Part shown: piece after piece, positions 35,888 through 51,870 of the stretch | Layout of the letters: every line of letters starts with the position of its first letter | How positions within the stretch are numbered: position 1 is the first letter of the stretch | Assembly (NCBI RefSeq): GCF_009914755.1 | Contig: NC_060927.1 | Length of the DNA: 64,000 nt | Strand: one strand, 5' to 3' | From: the human T2T-CHM13v2.0 reference genome, Homo sapiens | Notes under the pieces: generated by a model | Told to the model about the DNA's origin: nothing | Seen by the model: the letters and a program-made list of their open reading frames with translations, nothing else | The model's database searches: none | Program-made: the position numbers and the translations under genes

Positions 35888-38800
35888 GGGTTTAAGCTTT
35901 TTAATTCTTTTCCAACACAATCCCTGTCTGGCCATGTGTTGTTACTATCTTGTTATTTCAAGTTTCTCTCCAGCTGGGTAAATCTTCATTCTGTGTCCTA
36001 GCCCTGGGCTTTTCTCTTTGGTTTCCTCTCATCTGCCCGGGAGGCCAGCTTACCCTCCCACCCCTCTATTCACATCTCACTCAACTCTTCCCACTTCTAT
36101 ACTTTTCACCACTTTCATACTTTCTCCTTCCTCCCTTCCTTCCACTGCTCTTGGAATGATGGCTTTTGAATTTTTTGCCTTCACCAAAACTGGATGACTT
36201 CTCCCTCTGCTGAAGGAGGGCGGGGGGCTGGGGGAAGTCGTGAAAGCCCCAAAATGCCATCTTTCGTCTCATTTTCTATTTCTAGCACATATTCTGTTTA
36301 TAATTCTGCCTCCCTCATAGCAGATTGACACAGCACTCTGCTTAGTTCCCAGAATAAATGCAATTCAAGAATGAGAGGCAAATCCAGGCTCCCAGGATTC
36401 TTCTGCAGTCAGGCATTTGTTAGGGTTTTTTCTGCTAGCATTTGAGGAGTGTCTCTGCTGGTAGCCCTGCTTCTCTGAACCCATCTTCTACTGTCCTGAA
36501 AATGCCTTCCATACAGGATTTTCTTCATGGTAGATTTCCTTTCCTGATCATGTCTGGACTAAGCTTATATCAAAGGCAGTTTTTATTCCCCACACATACA
36601 TTGACTGTGCCACAAAAGATATTTAAATATTTGTTGGATAAACAAATGAATACTAGCATATTAAATGATAAGTCATAACCTGAGTTTGTGGGAAGCCAAT
36701 TTGGAATTATAGTTAATCCACAAAATAAAAAATACATGTAAAAATTTACATTTTCAAATTAAAAACCAATTTTATATGACATTCAATATCTCTGATGTCC
36801 TCATCACCAAATCATAAAACCTGACGGAAGGAGCAACATTTGCAGAGTAACTTCCACTTTAGGAATTGTGCTTTGCTTAAATAATTTTATTTATTCTACA
36901 ACTTGTGAAATAGGTATTATTATCCCCCACTTTATAGGCAACAAAACTGAGACTCATGCAAGTTGTGTAGCTTAGCCTAGGTAACAGAAGAAGTAAGTGG
37001 CAAAAAATGAATTAGACCCAAGTTTATCTGACTTCAAAGCTCACTTTAAAAACCAAAAGAGGACGTGGGATCTTTGAACACGGCATCTGATGTAGCACAT
37101 GCTGATGACTTCTGGTGCAGACTGTGTTCCCCTTGACTATTTCTTTCCTGCTTAGCACATAGTAGATGTTCAAACAAATAGTTGTTGAATTAAATTATTG
37201 AATGTACCATTTAGACTCAAAGTTCCTTAATCTGGTAGTATGCTAATATTCAGGGCTTGATATAGACACTTTAGAAGCAACCCAGCATCAAGTTTTGGAA
37301 GGTTATCCTGTGGAGATGCACAGGCCAATGTTCTCTGTCTTGTCTTCATCAGGGAAAACAGACATGGGATGATGACTTTACTAGGCAAGATGTAGGTATG
37401 AGCTAAGGGAAACATGGTAAAACACTGGATCAAGCTGCTGAGGAAGACAAAATATTTTGTCTGCAGATGCCCGTCACTCTCGGATAAGCCAGGCTTGAGT
37501 GGCTGCAGAGGCACCAGGAGCTGTTCTTCTGCATTTGTGGCAACAGTAAGAAGAGTCTCCTAGCAGAAACTGACCTTGTTCTATAGCATCCTCTCCATGG
37601 TAATGTGGAGTTGTTAGTTCCCTTCATTGCTCTCTGATGCATAGCTTTAATTGTATCTTTGCTTTTATGTAGAGAATAGATTCATATTCCCCAGAGGATG
37701 GCTGGGAAAACCCACTGCTAGCCTCGAATACAAATAGGAGTCTGCAGAAGCTGCTGCTTCATGGGTGGGCACAGGGAAGAGGAGATGAAAGAGGACAACA
37801 ACCTCCAAAGGTCTGAGGTTCAGGCATGGAGGCATCACAGTTCCTCTTGCCCTCTGCTAAGGAGTGAAAACAGGAGGAATTTTATTCAAAGGAAAATGAG
37901 AAAATTGCCTTCTGGGGGATGTTATGTGGTGCTGGAAAACTACCATCTCCCCAAAAAGCTGTTCCTCACCCATACAGGAGCTCCCATGGCTGAGGGACAG
38001 CTAATACCACTGTTGATATAATTATCTATTACCTTCCTCAATTTTTTATGCATGTTTCTCCATAATTGAGATCATACTGTATAAACATTTTGCAATCTGC
38101 CTTTTCCAGTTAACATTGTAGCTTGTAAGCATTTGAGGGGAGGATATTATAAAATCCAGCCATTTTACAGTTGAGGTGCCATCAGGCAGAAATAGCAGCA
38201 ATGACAGGAACTCCTGGGCTGGCTCCCGGGAAGTCAAATAGTCCTATCCCACCCATGGTATGGTGCACCCATTTATACAACCTCATGAGGCAGTTGGCAG
38301 TAGTTGGCTCTGGGAGGAAGGATCAAGGGAGTTGTTGTTTTTTAAAAATCTCTCAATTTCTTATATTTTTCAAAATTTCATAATAAACCAGTGTCACTTT
38401 CACAGTCAGAAAAAAAATATTTTAAAGATGTTTCCTTCCTGCTGCCAAGAAAGCAGCAAGGCATTAGAATCTGAATCAAGGCAGAAGAGCAAGCTACCCA
38501 GGCTCATCTCACCATGCTTGAGGCTCCCCATCTATGGAATGGGGACAGTCACTCTGGACCTCCCAGAGTAGAGACTGTAACACTATCTGTCACATATGGA
38601 GAAGGTGATGTCACTCTAGGACAAGGTGAAGAGATGAGCAGCCCATGTTTTGGAGGTGGCCAAGCTTTGTGGTCCACAGCTGCCAACCCCTCCAAAGCCC
38701 CCCAAAGCCTCTCAGAGGAAGAACAGGAATTTGCCTTATTTATGATTATAACCTCCCAACTCAGCCATCATTCAGAACATATTGGAACCTTGGTATCTTC

Positions 38801-39309
38801 AGACTCTGAGAAAGGAGTTAAGCTACATTCTTTTCCCATTGCTTGCAAACAGGGCCAACTCATTCATTAGGCACAGGAGACACAGTAGCTAGGGACCAAA
38901 ATACTCTTAGGGGTACACAAGATGTTTTAACATATTATATTCATGTGTTTGTCATTATTCCAAAACAGTCATAAAATATGATTTTTCATTTTTTTAATGG
39001 AGGAAAAGGTCCAAGAAGGCAAAAGCGCCTACTGCCCACAAAAATCACAACATGGCCCTGGTCACTTAGCCTATATTTCAGCTTCGTATTTTCTACGCCC
39101 TTCCATGAAATCATCAAGGTGGATTATGAACCAAAATGTCTACTATTCCTCTCTAATCATCTTCTTCATCATTCTGGTAAAGAGGAAACAGACTTTGGGT
39201 GTAGATTTTTGGCATGAAAATAACCAGAGCCATGAGATAAAACAGAGACCCTCACAGTAGAATTAGGCAGATGGAGACATATTTGGCAGAGAGCAGAAGA
39301 AACAACTTT

Positions 39310-40213
39310 TAAAAAAATTATTATTATACTTTAGGTTCTAGGGTACATGTGCAGAATGTGCAGGTTTGTCACATAGGTATACATGTGCCACGGTGATTTG
39401 CTGCACCCATCGACCTGTCATCTACATTAGGTATTTCTCCGAATGCTATCCCTCCCCTAGCCCCCCACCCCACAATAGGCCCCGGTGTGTGATGTTCCCC
39501 TCCCTGTGTCCATTCTCATTGTTCAACTCCCACTTATGATTGGTTTTCTGTTCTTGTGTTAGTTTGCTGAGAATGATGGTTTCCAGCTTCATCCACGTCC
39601 CTGCAAAGGACATGAACTTGTCCTTTTTTATGGCTGCATAGTATTCCATGAAGTATATGTGCCACATTTTCTTTACCAGTCTATCATTGATGGGCATTTG
39701 CGTTGGTTCTAAGTCTTTGCTATTGTGAACAGTGCTACAATAAACATACATGTGCATGTGTCTCTATAGTAGAATGATTTATAATCCTTTGGGTATATAC
39801 CCAGTAATGGGATTGCTGGGTCAAATAGTGTTTCTAGTTCTAGATCCTTGAGGAATCACCACACTGTCTTCCACAATGATTGAACTAATTTACACTCCCA
39901 CCAACAGTGTAAAAGCATTCCTATTCCTCCACATCCTCTCCAGCATCTGTTGTTTCCTGACTTTTTAATGATCACCATTCTAACTAGTGTGAGATGGTAT
40001 CTCATTGTGGTTTTTATTTGCATTTCTCTAATGACCAGTGATGATGAGCTTTTTTTCCATGTTTGTTGGGCTGCATAAATGTCTTCTTTTGAAAGTGTCT
40101 GTTCATATCCTTCTCCCACTTTTTGATGGGGTTGTTTTTTTCTTGTAAATTTGTTTAAGTTCTTTGTAGATTCTGGATATTAGCCCTTTGTCAGATGGAT
40201 AGATTGCAAAAAT
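39310..40213 (-). mobile_element. 5'-truncated primate L1 (older L1PA, roughly PA7-PA8) 3' end
   Basis: ORFs 39446..39757 and 39856..40119 match the ORF2 C-terminus; L1PA 3'UTR. Confidence 0.9.
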
Positions 40214-40409
40214 AGAAAAAGCTTTTTAAATTGCTCCCACAAAAACCATTACAATACTGATGGATAAGACGCAATAACTCTATGAAATGATCTGGCATTG
40301 CCCCCTTTTCCTAGGAAAAATTGTCCCTCATTCCTTAGGATAATATTTCTGTGAAATGTGAACATCCCTTTCATAACCCTGGTCCTTTTAAAATTAGAGT
40401 TATATTCTC

Positions 40410-40970
<561 letters not shown>

Positions 40971-40993
40971 CTTCAGCACCCTGGAGGCCCTGA

Positions 40994-41743
<750 letters not shown>

Positions 41744-42365
41744 TGATCACTGCTAGCCCAGTGCCGGGGGTACCAGCCCCCACGGCCACTCTACACCCTC
41801 TGACCACGGCGACGGCCCGCCAGTTTCCTCCCAGGACAGTGCTGCTGCCCCCGGTGGGCCTTCCTAGCCCCACGTCAGTACGGCCAGCCCCGAAGGTCCC
41901 TGCTGAGCCAGGCCAGCCGCCCCGGCGTTCGCTGCTGCGCCTCAGGTAGCCCCAGTGGTTAGTGGAAGCCCCAGAGCTGTAGGGCCCACTCACGCCTTCA
42001 CTCCTGGGCCCGGGACAGCCAAGGCAGCAGAAGCGGCCGCTCATGGGCGTGGAGCAGCCTTGCCCACCCAAGCGGCGGCTCATGGGCCTGGAGCAGCCCT
42101 GCCAGTCCCTGCGGCCGCTCATGGACCCCAACAAAGCCTGCAAACCCCAGCCGTTGCTCCCCATTCCCGATCGCCCTTCGCTCCTGGGGTACCCAGGCGC
42201 ACCCTGCCGGCCTCTTCAGGGGCCCCTGTGCCAGCCACTGCAGTCCCTGTTGGATCTGGTGCCGGCCCCTTCAGCCCCGGCTCTCACTCCTTGTCCTGGG
42301 CCATCCCTGCTGGCCCCTGAGGTCACGGCGAACCCGATCCTGTGCCCCTGGGGTGGTCCGTCAGG

Positions 42366-42431
42366 CCCCATCTGTGAGCCCCGGAGCCCCCATCTGTGAG
42401 CCCTGGAGCCCCCATCTGTGAGCCCTGGAGC
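42366..42431. repeat. 3 x 22 bp tandem repeat (CCCCATCTGTGAGCCC[C/T]GGAGC)
   Basis: Units at 42366-42387, 42388-42409 and 42410-42431. Confidence 0.92.
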
Positions 42432-45232
42432 GTGATGCCTGCGGGCCTCTTCCCGGATGCGTTTTCCAGGCCACCCCAGTTAGAGCTGCATCTTGGCAGG
42501 GCCCCGAGAGCCAAGGCCGCCTCACCCTTCGGGCCAGAGATGCTTTGCCGGACTAGCTCGAGGCCTTCTCTAGACAGGGCCAGGCTGTTTGCCGTTGGAA
42601 ATTGAGGCTCAGCCTGAGGCGGGAGCCCCTGCAGTGCAGTGATCAGGCAGAGGCCCGCCACGCCAGGAGGAGAGATGAACCCGGCATCTTCCTGCCACCC
42701 CACCATGCCCTCTCCCACTGGTGTCACAGTGCCCCCACCTGCGTGTGCTGCCTGTGGTGTGCATGCCCTGGGAAGGGAACACAGCCCCTGAGGGCCGGGA
42801 GCTTGCTAGGTGCCCCTCAGCGTCTGTGTCTCTAAATTGCCAGTACTGTCCTTGCATCTCTGAGTCTCCGTGCATGATTGTCCCAGCTGTGCCACCTTTG
42901 TAGAGTGCGTGAGCATGGTGTATGCACCCTGTGAGTGTATGCTTGTGTGCAAGAGTGGGTGTGAGAGTGAGTGGTGTGCTGGGCATGAAGGATCTGTGGG
43001 GGTGGTTGCTGCAGGCCTTGCTCTTCACAGGCCCCACCCCTTTGGCCAAGATGCAATTCTTGCCCTCAGGCAGAATCGCCCAGTGGTGAATGGTGAAGGT
43101 GTGGGTTTCAGTCCAGCCCCTCTCTCTGGCAGTCAGGTGGTACTGGTGTCCACCTCCAGGGCCCCCAAGCTACAGGGGGAACACAGGCCCATCTGGTGGG
43201 TCAGGAGCTGCAGGGGGCCCGGAGGCTCCCACATTACTCTCAGGACTCTGCCTCCGCCAACCCCGTGGGCACACACTGAAGGGTTGCCCGCAGGGTCTCC
43301 AGATGAGGGGGAGCCTGCAGGATGGGCAGCACCTTCTCCTGGCTTCCCCACAGTCCCCTGCAGCATCCTGTCTGGCTGTTGACCTAGATGCAGTCGGGCA
43401 GACCTCACACTACAAAGCTGTCCCTGGGCCCATTCCCGCTCCTTCTACGCCCCCCATCTGTGGTCAGGGGTTGCCACCCCCTCAGGCCCTGGTCTGGAGG
43501 GAGCCCCACTCAAGTCTTCTGGAGTCTGAGGCATGCCACTGGCCCAAAAGGGAGGGGGTGTTTTATGGGGGTGCTCTGACTCTCCAGACCTCAGGGGAAC
43601 TGGGTGGGCTGCAGCCAGAGGCCCTCCAGAGAGCAGCTTTGGCCACCTGAACCCCTGCATTGTGACCAGAGGTCCTGGCCGCGCAGGCCTGATCTCGCCC
43701 AGCTGGGCCACCGCAGGTGTCAGGAAGTGGGTGTTCCTGGCTTCCAGGCCAGGCAGCTGCTGACCTCCAGCCCCCAGCACTTGCTCATGAGGACCCCACT
43801 CCCTCAGGCCCTCCTGGGTCCTGACCAGGCTCTGGTGCAGCATTTGCTCTGGGCCCAGGGCCCCGGGCCCCCTCACTCCCTGCTCATCCAGGCCCCTTCC
43901 TCCAGTGCTCACCTGGGGCCTCCATCCCAGAAGTGCAGGGGTTATTTTTCTGATTAAAGAAAATAAAAAGTGCCATGGCACCATTTTTTATAACAAAAAA
44001 ATTAGAGTTATAAATAAATAAGTACAATTTGCAAACCATTTGATTACATCCCTGTACTTTACCAAGATTCCCTAAGGAGGTACTTACACCACTTATTACG
44101 TCATTAAATATTTAAATAAAAACTCATTGAAGTGAATCGTGGAACAGAAAGGCATTTATGAAGCACATGTTTGATGCAGCAGCGGGCTTTAGACGTAGGG
44201 AGCACATAGAATATTTGCTCCCTGCAGACGAGGCATAGCATAACGCAGCAAGGGGCTTTGAAGGGACGGAATACAGGTTTCAAGGTAGGAAGCCAGTAGA
44301 GAAATCCCCAGTTTTACTTAGAGTCCCTTATGCAGCATTTTATTGTAATTTTCATTGGCAAACATTGATTGAGCACAACACTATGTGAAGAGAGTGGAAA
44401 TGTTGTATTAAATAGCCCTGACCCACAGGAGTTCGCAACATGGTTAGAAACCATGAAAATACTGGATGTAAGTGGATCACAGCAATATCAAGGCGTACAT
44501 GCTGAATGACAGAGGAGTGGTCCCAACTGTAAGTTTTGTATGAGAGCCAAGAGGAGAAAATCCTCAAGTGACTGAGCATCATTGAGGATCCAGCAGGAAG
44601 CAGATGGCACACACTAGAGAGTTTAACTAAGGAAATATTTACTGAAGAATGGGCAGAGTTGAGTGAACCAAACACAGTGGTGAACTTAGGGACTAGCAAT
44701 TGTGGGAAGCTGTTACCACCCCTAGACCTGAAAGGGCAAGGGAGGAAATGATGTTATTGGAGCCAATGAGAACTGGTTCCATGGAAAATGGGGTGCTAGA
44801 CAGTAGCTGAGGCTATGGAGGCAAGGCAAGAAGCTCAGTTTGGGAGTTGGGAAATAAATACCCAATGTCTGATCACATGCTGATACCTCCAATAGGCCAA
44901 ATCCAGCTACTAGAGAGCAAGGAAGCCCAGGTGACACAATTCTGGTGCAGACACCAGGTTAGAGAAGACTGCAGAGTGGACCTAGCAGGACAAATGGAGG
45001 CTAGCCCAGCACACAGGCTGGAGGGCTTGCTATCCAGCAAGGCTTTAAGAGAAAGGGAAGATATATTGGCATAGAAAAGGAAGGGGGAGATCATCTTAAG
45101 CAGAAGTAGACATGTGCATATAGGAAATGGGAAATAATGTTTTTCCAGTGAGGAGGCAATATGCGCACAGTGCATTTTCTTAAGAAGAGTAAGGCTATAT
45201 CATTCAGGAAGCTTGGAGGAATTGACATAGGT

Positions 45233-45458
45233 CAGAGTTTCTTTATCCCAGCACAACTGACATTTGGGGTAGGATAATTATTTGTTGGGGGGACTGTCCT
45301 CTCCTTTGTAGGATGTTTAGCAGCAGCCCTGGCCCCTACCCTCCATATGCTAACAGCAGGCTATTATCACACTCCCACTTGTGATAACCAAAAATGTCAT
45401 CACACATTGCCACATGTACCCTAGAGATGCAAAACTACCCCCAAGTTGAGAACCACTG
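45233..45458. mobile_element. MER20-like DNA element
   Basis: tgacatttggggtaggataatt...gttgagaaccactg. Confidence 0.75.
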
Positions 45459-46519
45459 GGAGAGGAAACGGAGGAGACCGTGATCAGAAAACCACTGAAA
45501 CACAGGGTGAATGTAAGATGCTAAGGGCTTAGATCAGTGTGGAGCAGTGAGACCGGCAAGAAATGGACAAAGGCACGGTGCCTGTAGGTGAGAAGCATAT
45601 GGGCTGTGTGAGGAGAGGCAGAGGGGAGTGGCTAAGGGTGATTCTTAGGTTTGTAGTGGGATAAGAGGGAGGAGGATGTCTCCACTGACAGCACTATGAA
45701 TGTCTGAGGCTGGCCCTGGGGAAGATGATGTGCCCTTTGTGAACTTGTTTGAATGAGGTCCAGGACATTTGGACAAGGGACTGAGTTGAGCAGGGAGGTT
45801 GAGACTTTAGGTGTAGATTTGAGTCATCCACGCAGAGAACTAGCTGGCAAACTTGTATCCATAGGAGGATAGTAGTTCTCATGAAGGGAAGATAGAAAAC
45901 CAAGTACTGAAGTTTGTTGTTGTTGTTGTTTTTGGTGATGGTGGGCAGCAAGGAGTGTTGTGGATATTTAGAAGATGAATAATGTGGGATAGAAATAGAA
46001 GGCTCTGGGGGCAGGAAAACCAGGCAGTTTTCTGAGGGGTGAGAGTGGGCTGAAGTTCAGCTCCTACCCTGCTTGTCAGGCCATATGCCCAAGGGGCTAT
46101 GTCTGCCCCCTTCTAATGTATGCAAAGGTGCCATAAAGGCTAGGGCAGTCCTGAGGAGAATCAGGGTGGCCACAGAAGACACAGGTGTCAAGAAGGGAGG
46201 AACCTTGTCCACACAACTCACCCCACCTCCCAGTGGTAAAATTCTCCTTTTTTCCCCTCAATCACTCAAGTCCTTAAAGAAGTAGACTTTGATTAGGTAG
46301 ACATTTTCATTTATGTGGAATTTTGTGGTTTGTTTCTCATAACTGAGTGGTTATAGGAGGTGTTGCTCTCCTAGGTTCTGAAAAAAGACTACACACAGAG
46401 GTAGCAGGAAGAGGAGGGGATCCAGAACCACAATGAGTAGCTGTGCTTGTCGTCTCAATGGTTCCAACTCTGAGGAGAGATGACAAACCTCATCATTTTC
46501 TCTCACAAAGGGGCATATT

Positions 46520-47150
46520 GTGGTAGGCAGGATTCTAAGATGGCCTCCAACATTTCCACCACCTGGTGTATGTGCCCTGTATAATCTCATCACCCCTGTA
46601 AGTGTGGGTGAGACCTGTGAATATGAGGAGATATCACCCCTGTAATTAATATTATGTGGCAAAAGAGAACTTTCAGATATAATTAAGGTCCTTAATCAGT
46701 TGACTCTGAGTTAGTCAAAAGGGTGGATCTGACCTAATCATCATCAGGTGAGCCTTAAAAAACAGACAAAAGAAACAACAACAGATGCCTCTGCTGGCCT
46801 GGAAGAAAGCAAACATCAATAAACTGCCATTCCGGGGCCATGGAACTGCGACGTGAAAGTGGCTTCTAGGAGCTGAGAGCAATCCCTGGCCAAAATCCAG
46901 GAAGAAAACAGGGACTTCAGTCCTACATCCCCAAGGAACTGAATTTTGTCAACAACCAATGAATATGGAAGAGGACCCTAAGGCTCATATGAGAGCACAG
47001 CCCTAGCCAACACTTGGGTTTTAGCTGGGCAAGACCCTTAGCGGAGGACCCAGCTAACCCACCCAGACTCCTGCCCTGTGGAAACTGAGATCAGAAATCT
47101 GTGTTGTTTTAAGCTGCTAAGTATGTGGTAATTTGCAATGCAGCAAAAGA
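46520..47150 (+). mobile_element. MaLR LTR (MLT1E/F-like)
   Basis: tgtggtaggcaggattctaagatggcc...gttgttttaagctgctaagt. Confidence 0.75.
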
Positions 47151-47674
47151 AAACAAATGTATATGTGAAAGGAGTTTATGTACACAGGGTTGATTGGCTC
47201 CATGGGGAGTCTAACAACCACACCCCACAGTTAAATCACAGAATTGTGCTGAACCTGAGCCAAGGTCCCGAGTATGGTGTACCCATCATCACTGCTCAGC
47301 CCCAGCCTCACCATGATCCAAGCAGCAGGTGGGACAGGGTCACTCTCGTTTCCTCCTATGAAATGGCACACTTAAGATCTGGGGGAAGTGAGCCACAGTA
47401 TAAGCCACACAGGATAGGGAGAACTGATTTTCTGAGCTCATAGCTAGTATGAGACAGTTGATACTTAGTATAAGGCTGAGATGGTAGAGAAGACCGTCAG
47501 GATTCCCACTCTCTGGTGCCAGACCGGTCGTCACCTGGCCAAATAGAACTTTGGTCCCTAAGATACTGAACATGCAAATCTCAATGGACACTGAAGTATC
47601 ATTTTTCAGAAGGGCCTCTTAGAAGAAGGAAGGAAAGGGAAGCAAGGTGGAAGGAGAGAAAAAAAGGAGAATTT

Positions 47675-49160
47675 AATTCAGTAAACAAATATTTATGGTG
47701 CCCATTATGTGCACAATTCTGTTCTAGGCTCCCGAAATACATCAGTGACTAAAACAAACAGAATCCCATGCACTCCAGGGAAAAAATATAGAGAAATCAA
47801 TAAAACAAAAATTTAAAAATACATAGTATGTAATGATTGTAAAGCAAGGGAGGAGTTGGAAGGGATATTGGTGTTCAACTTAAAAGAGTCAGATAAGACT
47901 CCCTTAGAAGGTCACATTTGGATACAAAACTAAAGGTGCTAACGAGTGAAGCCTGTGGATACCTGAGGAAATCATGTTCCAGGCAGACAAAATGCAAGTG
48001 CACAAGTCTTGAGGCAGGAGAGGGTCTGGCCTTTCTGAGGGATAAGATGGCCAGCATGGCTGGAGGGAAGTGAGGAAGGAGAAAAGAGGAAATGATGGGT
48101 TCAGAGAGTTTAAGGGCCTGTGGGTTACTTTGACTTTTACTTGCATAATGTGGCAGCCACTGAGGGTTCTAAACAGAGGAATGACATGATCAGTCTTAGG
48201 TTTTCAGTAATTTGATTGGGCACCTGTGATGAGAGCAGACCATCGGAAGGGAAGGGCGGAAACAGGGAGATGGGTTAGGAAGCCATTGTAGTGGTCCGGG
48301 TGAGAGATGAGGTTTGCTTGGACCAAGGTGATGGAAGTGGAGAGAAGTGCTCCAATTCTGAATGACTTATGGAGATACAGCCAATAGCATTTGCTCTGAT
48401 TGGATTTAAGGTGTGAGAGAAAAAGCAGCCAAGGATAATGCCAAGGTTTTTAGCCTGGGCAACTAGAATTTACAGTTGCTATATTTTGCTATGAGGAAGC
48501 CTGGAGGAGCTGGTTTGGAGAGGAATCTTGGAGTGCAGTTGGGGTGTATTAAGTCTGAGAAGCCTATTAGACATCCAGTGGTGCAGAGTAAACAGTTGGA
48601 TGTTCTACTGTGGTGTTTAGGGAAGGATTAGGGCTGAAGACATAAATGTAATATCCAAAACATGAAACTGAATGAGATAAAAAAGAGAGTGCATGTAGAT
48701 AGAGAAGTCCAAGTGTAAATCCTGGGGCACTCCAAGATTAAAGTGTCAGGGAGAGGAGGAAGAACAAGCAAAAGAACAGCCAATGAGAAAGGAGAAAAAC
48801 CAAGAGTGTGATGTCCTGGAATCCAAGGAAAGAAAGTGTTTCAATCATGTGAAAGTGATCAACAGGATCAAATGCTGCTGATAGGTTGAGCCGAGGCTGA
48901 GAGATGATGTTGGATTTAACAGCATGTCACTGGGGACCTTGACACAAGTCATTTCAGTGGAGTGATGGGGATGAAAGCCTGGTTCAAGTAGATTAAAAAG
49001 AGATTTGGAAGAGAGAAATTAGCGGTGGCAGGTATGGGCAACTCTTTAAAGAACTTGGCAATAAAGGGAAGCAGAGAAATGGGTGAAAGCTGAAGAGGAA
49101 AATGATGGGAGAAATTAGAGCATGTTTGTATATTGATGGGAATTATCTAGTAGAACAAGG
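47675..49160 (-). mobile_element. L2 LINE fragment
   Basis: attcagtaaacaaatatttat...gcctattagacatccagtgg...purine-rich L2 body. Confidence 0.75.
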
Positions 49161-50371
49161 GAAATGATAAGAAAGGATATTCATTTGTACAAGAAAATAG
49201 CAGAAAACAATGTAACCTACTTGATAAAAGATTTTATGTAATAAAAGTTTTTATTGTAATATATAAGACAGATTTTTTTACTGAAACATAATAAACACCC
49301 ATGAACCCACCATCCACCCCAAGAGCTGGACCATTACCGGTAACATCTATGTGCTCCTCCCTCTCTACTCTTACCTCTGTTTTAGAAGAAAGCAACTTTC
49401 CTGAATTGTGTTATTATCGTTTCCCTGTAAAATTATATTCTCTTGACTGTATCCTGTTATTTATTGTATCCTGTTATTTATTGACTGATAGATCAAGGAT
49501 AATCTAACCTACGCCTCTCAACCTGGCCTCCTACAGACAGACATCAAATCACCTCAGTCAGACAGTGCTATGAAATTCCTCCCTTGTGTTTAACCTGCTA
49601 CTCTAAAATTCTATTTTATTTCATCTTCCATCTCCAGCTGTTAGTGCTTTGTCTGAAAAACCTGTTCTTCTGCACAAAGATCATTATTATTCATTCCTGT
49701 CAGTATTATTTACTCAGCATGAAAGCAGGAAGAGATTGGCACACCTTCATCTCATGTGCATACAACAGAACAGACTCCAGTGGCCAGAGCATTCTTGTTA
49801 TCCTGGAAGATGCACCTGCAGCCCTCAAGCCTCCAGCCTCCCCCTCCCAACCTAAGGCACACTCTGTTGGTCAGGTGCCTGTACCAACACCTGGTAGCCC
49901 CTCCACAGAGGCCTCAGAAAGATAGGTGATAGCTAGTGACTAGGTTTCTTTCATCCCCAGATCTTGCCCTGTGGGCAGTGGCCGTCCCCAGACCATCCAG
50001 GATTCTCCAGGTGTGCAAGGACCTGCAGGATTTTGACAAATGCCAGCAGAGTGGCCTCTTTACAAATGGATGACAACAGGCTGTGAAAAGCTTTCTGCAT
50101 GCATAAGCCAAAAATCTAGTTCCCCCACTTGTTCACTGATGCTTAAAATTGCTTTAGGGAGAGACAAAGGCTTTCATCTCACAACCAGAGAAAGCTCTGA
50201 AGACCCTGGGTGAATTAATTGATTTAGACTAATACACACTGTAGTATAAATGGACTGAAGGATTACATGATGCAATGAGCAGCTTTCAAATGGGTGTGAA
50301 GTGACACGGGGTGTAGCAGAGAAAGATGGGGCTTTTCTTGCCTCTTTGGGTGCTTAAAAAGAACAGTCTTG

Positions 50372-50735
<364 letters not shown>

Positions 50736-50964
50736 CTACTGCCAGCTGTTTGATCACAGGCAAAATTACTCGAAGCCTTGAGCCTGTTTTCTAAAACGAA
50801 GGTAATATCTACCTTCAGAGTTTACTGTGAAACTTTGATGTCATCATGTTTGTAAAAGTGCCCTGGCACAGTGACCACATTCTACCCTATAAATATTTTC
50901 TATCTTTCCCTGTTGTCCCCAGGCATCTCAGGCTCTGTTCCTATCCACTCCATGCCCCTTTCTT

Positions 50965-51215
50965 AGCATTATAAGGTCAAGAGTGAGGAATCTGGGACCA
51001 CGCAACCCAGATTCAGATCCTGACTCTGTCACTTGCTGACTGTCATCTTGGACAAGTTTAACCTCTCTGTGCTCAGTTCCCTCATCTGTAAAAATGGGGA
51101 TAACAATAGTACTTGCCTCATGGGGTGACAGTAAGGATGAAATGAGTTCATGTGTGTAATGCACTTAGAACAATTCCTGGCACCAAAAACGCATTGTAAG
51201 AAGTGTTGTTGCTAT
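50965..51215 (+). mobile_element. MIR SINE
   Basis: ttggacaagtttaacctctctgtgctcagttccctcatctgtaaaaatggggataacaatagtac. Confidence 0.8.
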
Positions 51216-51429
51216 GATTCCTGAGGAATTCTCACCTGTCCACTTTCCACAAGCCGAAAGATCAAGCTCCACTTCTGCCCTCTCACCTACAAAAGCGCAC
51301 CGTCAATGGCTACACATTCCGCCCCACCCCCAACGCCCCCAGCCCGGGTTTCCTAACGTCCCCAGCCCAGTCCTTAACCCTCCAGGCCGTCTGGTCCTTC
51401 CACCACCAGCAAAGCCCAAAACAGCTTTC

Positions 51430-51870
51430 AGCTTCCCCTAGCAGCGCCCTAGCGGGACCCTGGGAACCCGCCGCTGCAGGAGAGGCGGGGCGGCTCTGTG
51501 ACGTCGCGCCCGGCGCTACCCCTGGTGACCTGGCAGCGGAGCCCGCGCAGGGTTTGCCAGGCGAAGGCGGAGCGCTAACGTCTAACGCTAACGGCGGTCG
51601 TGCCCCGCCGCTGCTGTCACCCCCGGCCGCTGCTGCCCTCCCCGCCGAGGTTCTACTGCTCTCCTTCTTAAGAAGGGTGGGAGGCACTCGGTCTCTCCCC
51701 ACACCTCTCGCCTGAGGCCAGGCGCCAGGTGTCGCCTGAAGCCAGACAGCCGGTTTGGGAGCGAGCCTGAGGTAGCCACCCCGAGGGGAAGTGGAGGGAG
51801 GGCAGGGCTCTGAGCGCCCCGAGGGCTGCGCTGGTCTGAGGGAGGAGCCCTGCCGGACGCCCCCTGGATT
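51430..51870 (+). promoter_or_regulatory. ROPN1B: ROPN1B CpG-island promoter and non-coding first exon (candidate donor GAG|GTAGCC at 51771/51772)
   Basis: CpG-dense; GC box GGCGGGGCGG; TGACGTCG 51499-51506; X-box-like 51515-51529; 3x CTAACG 51575-51594; exact TSS not determinable. Confidence 0.75.
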
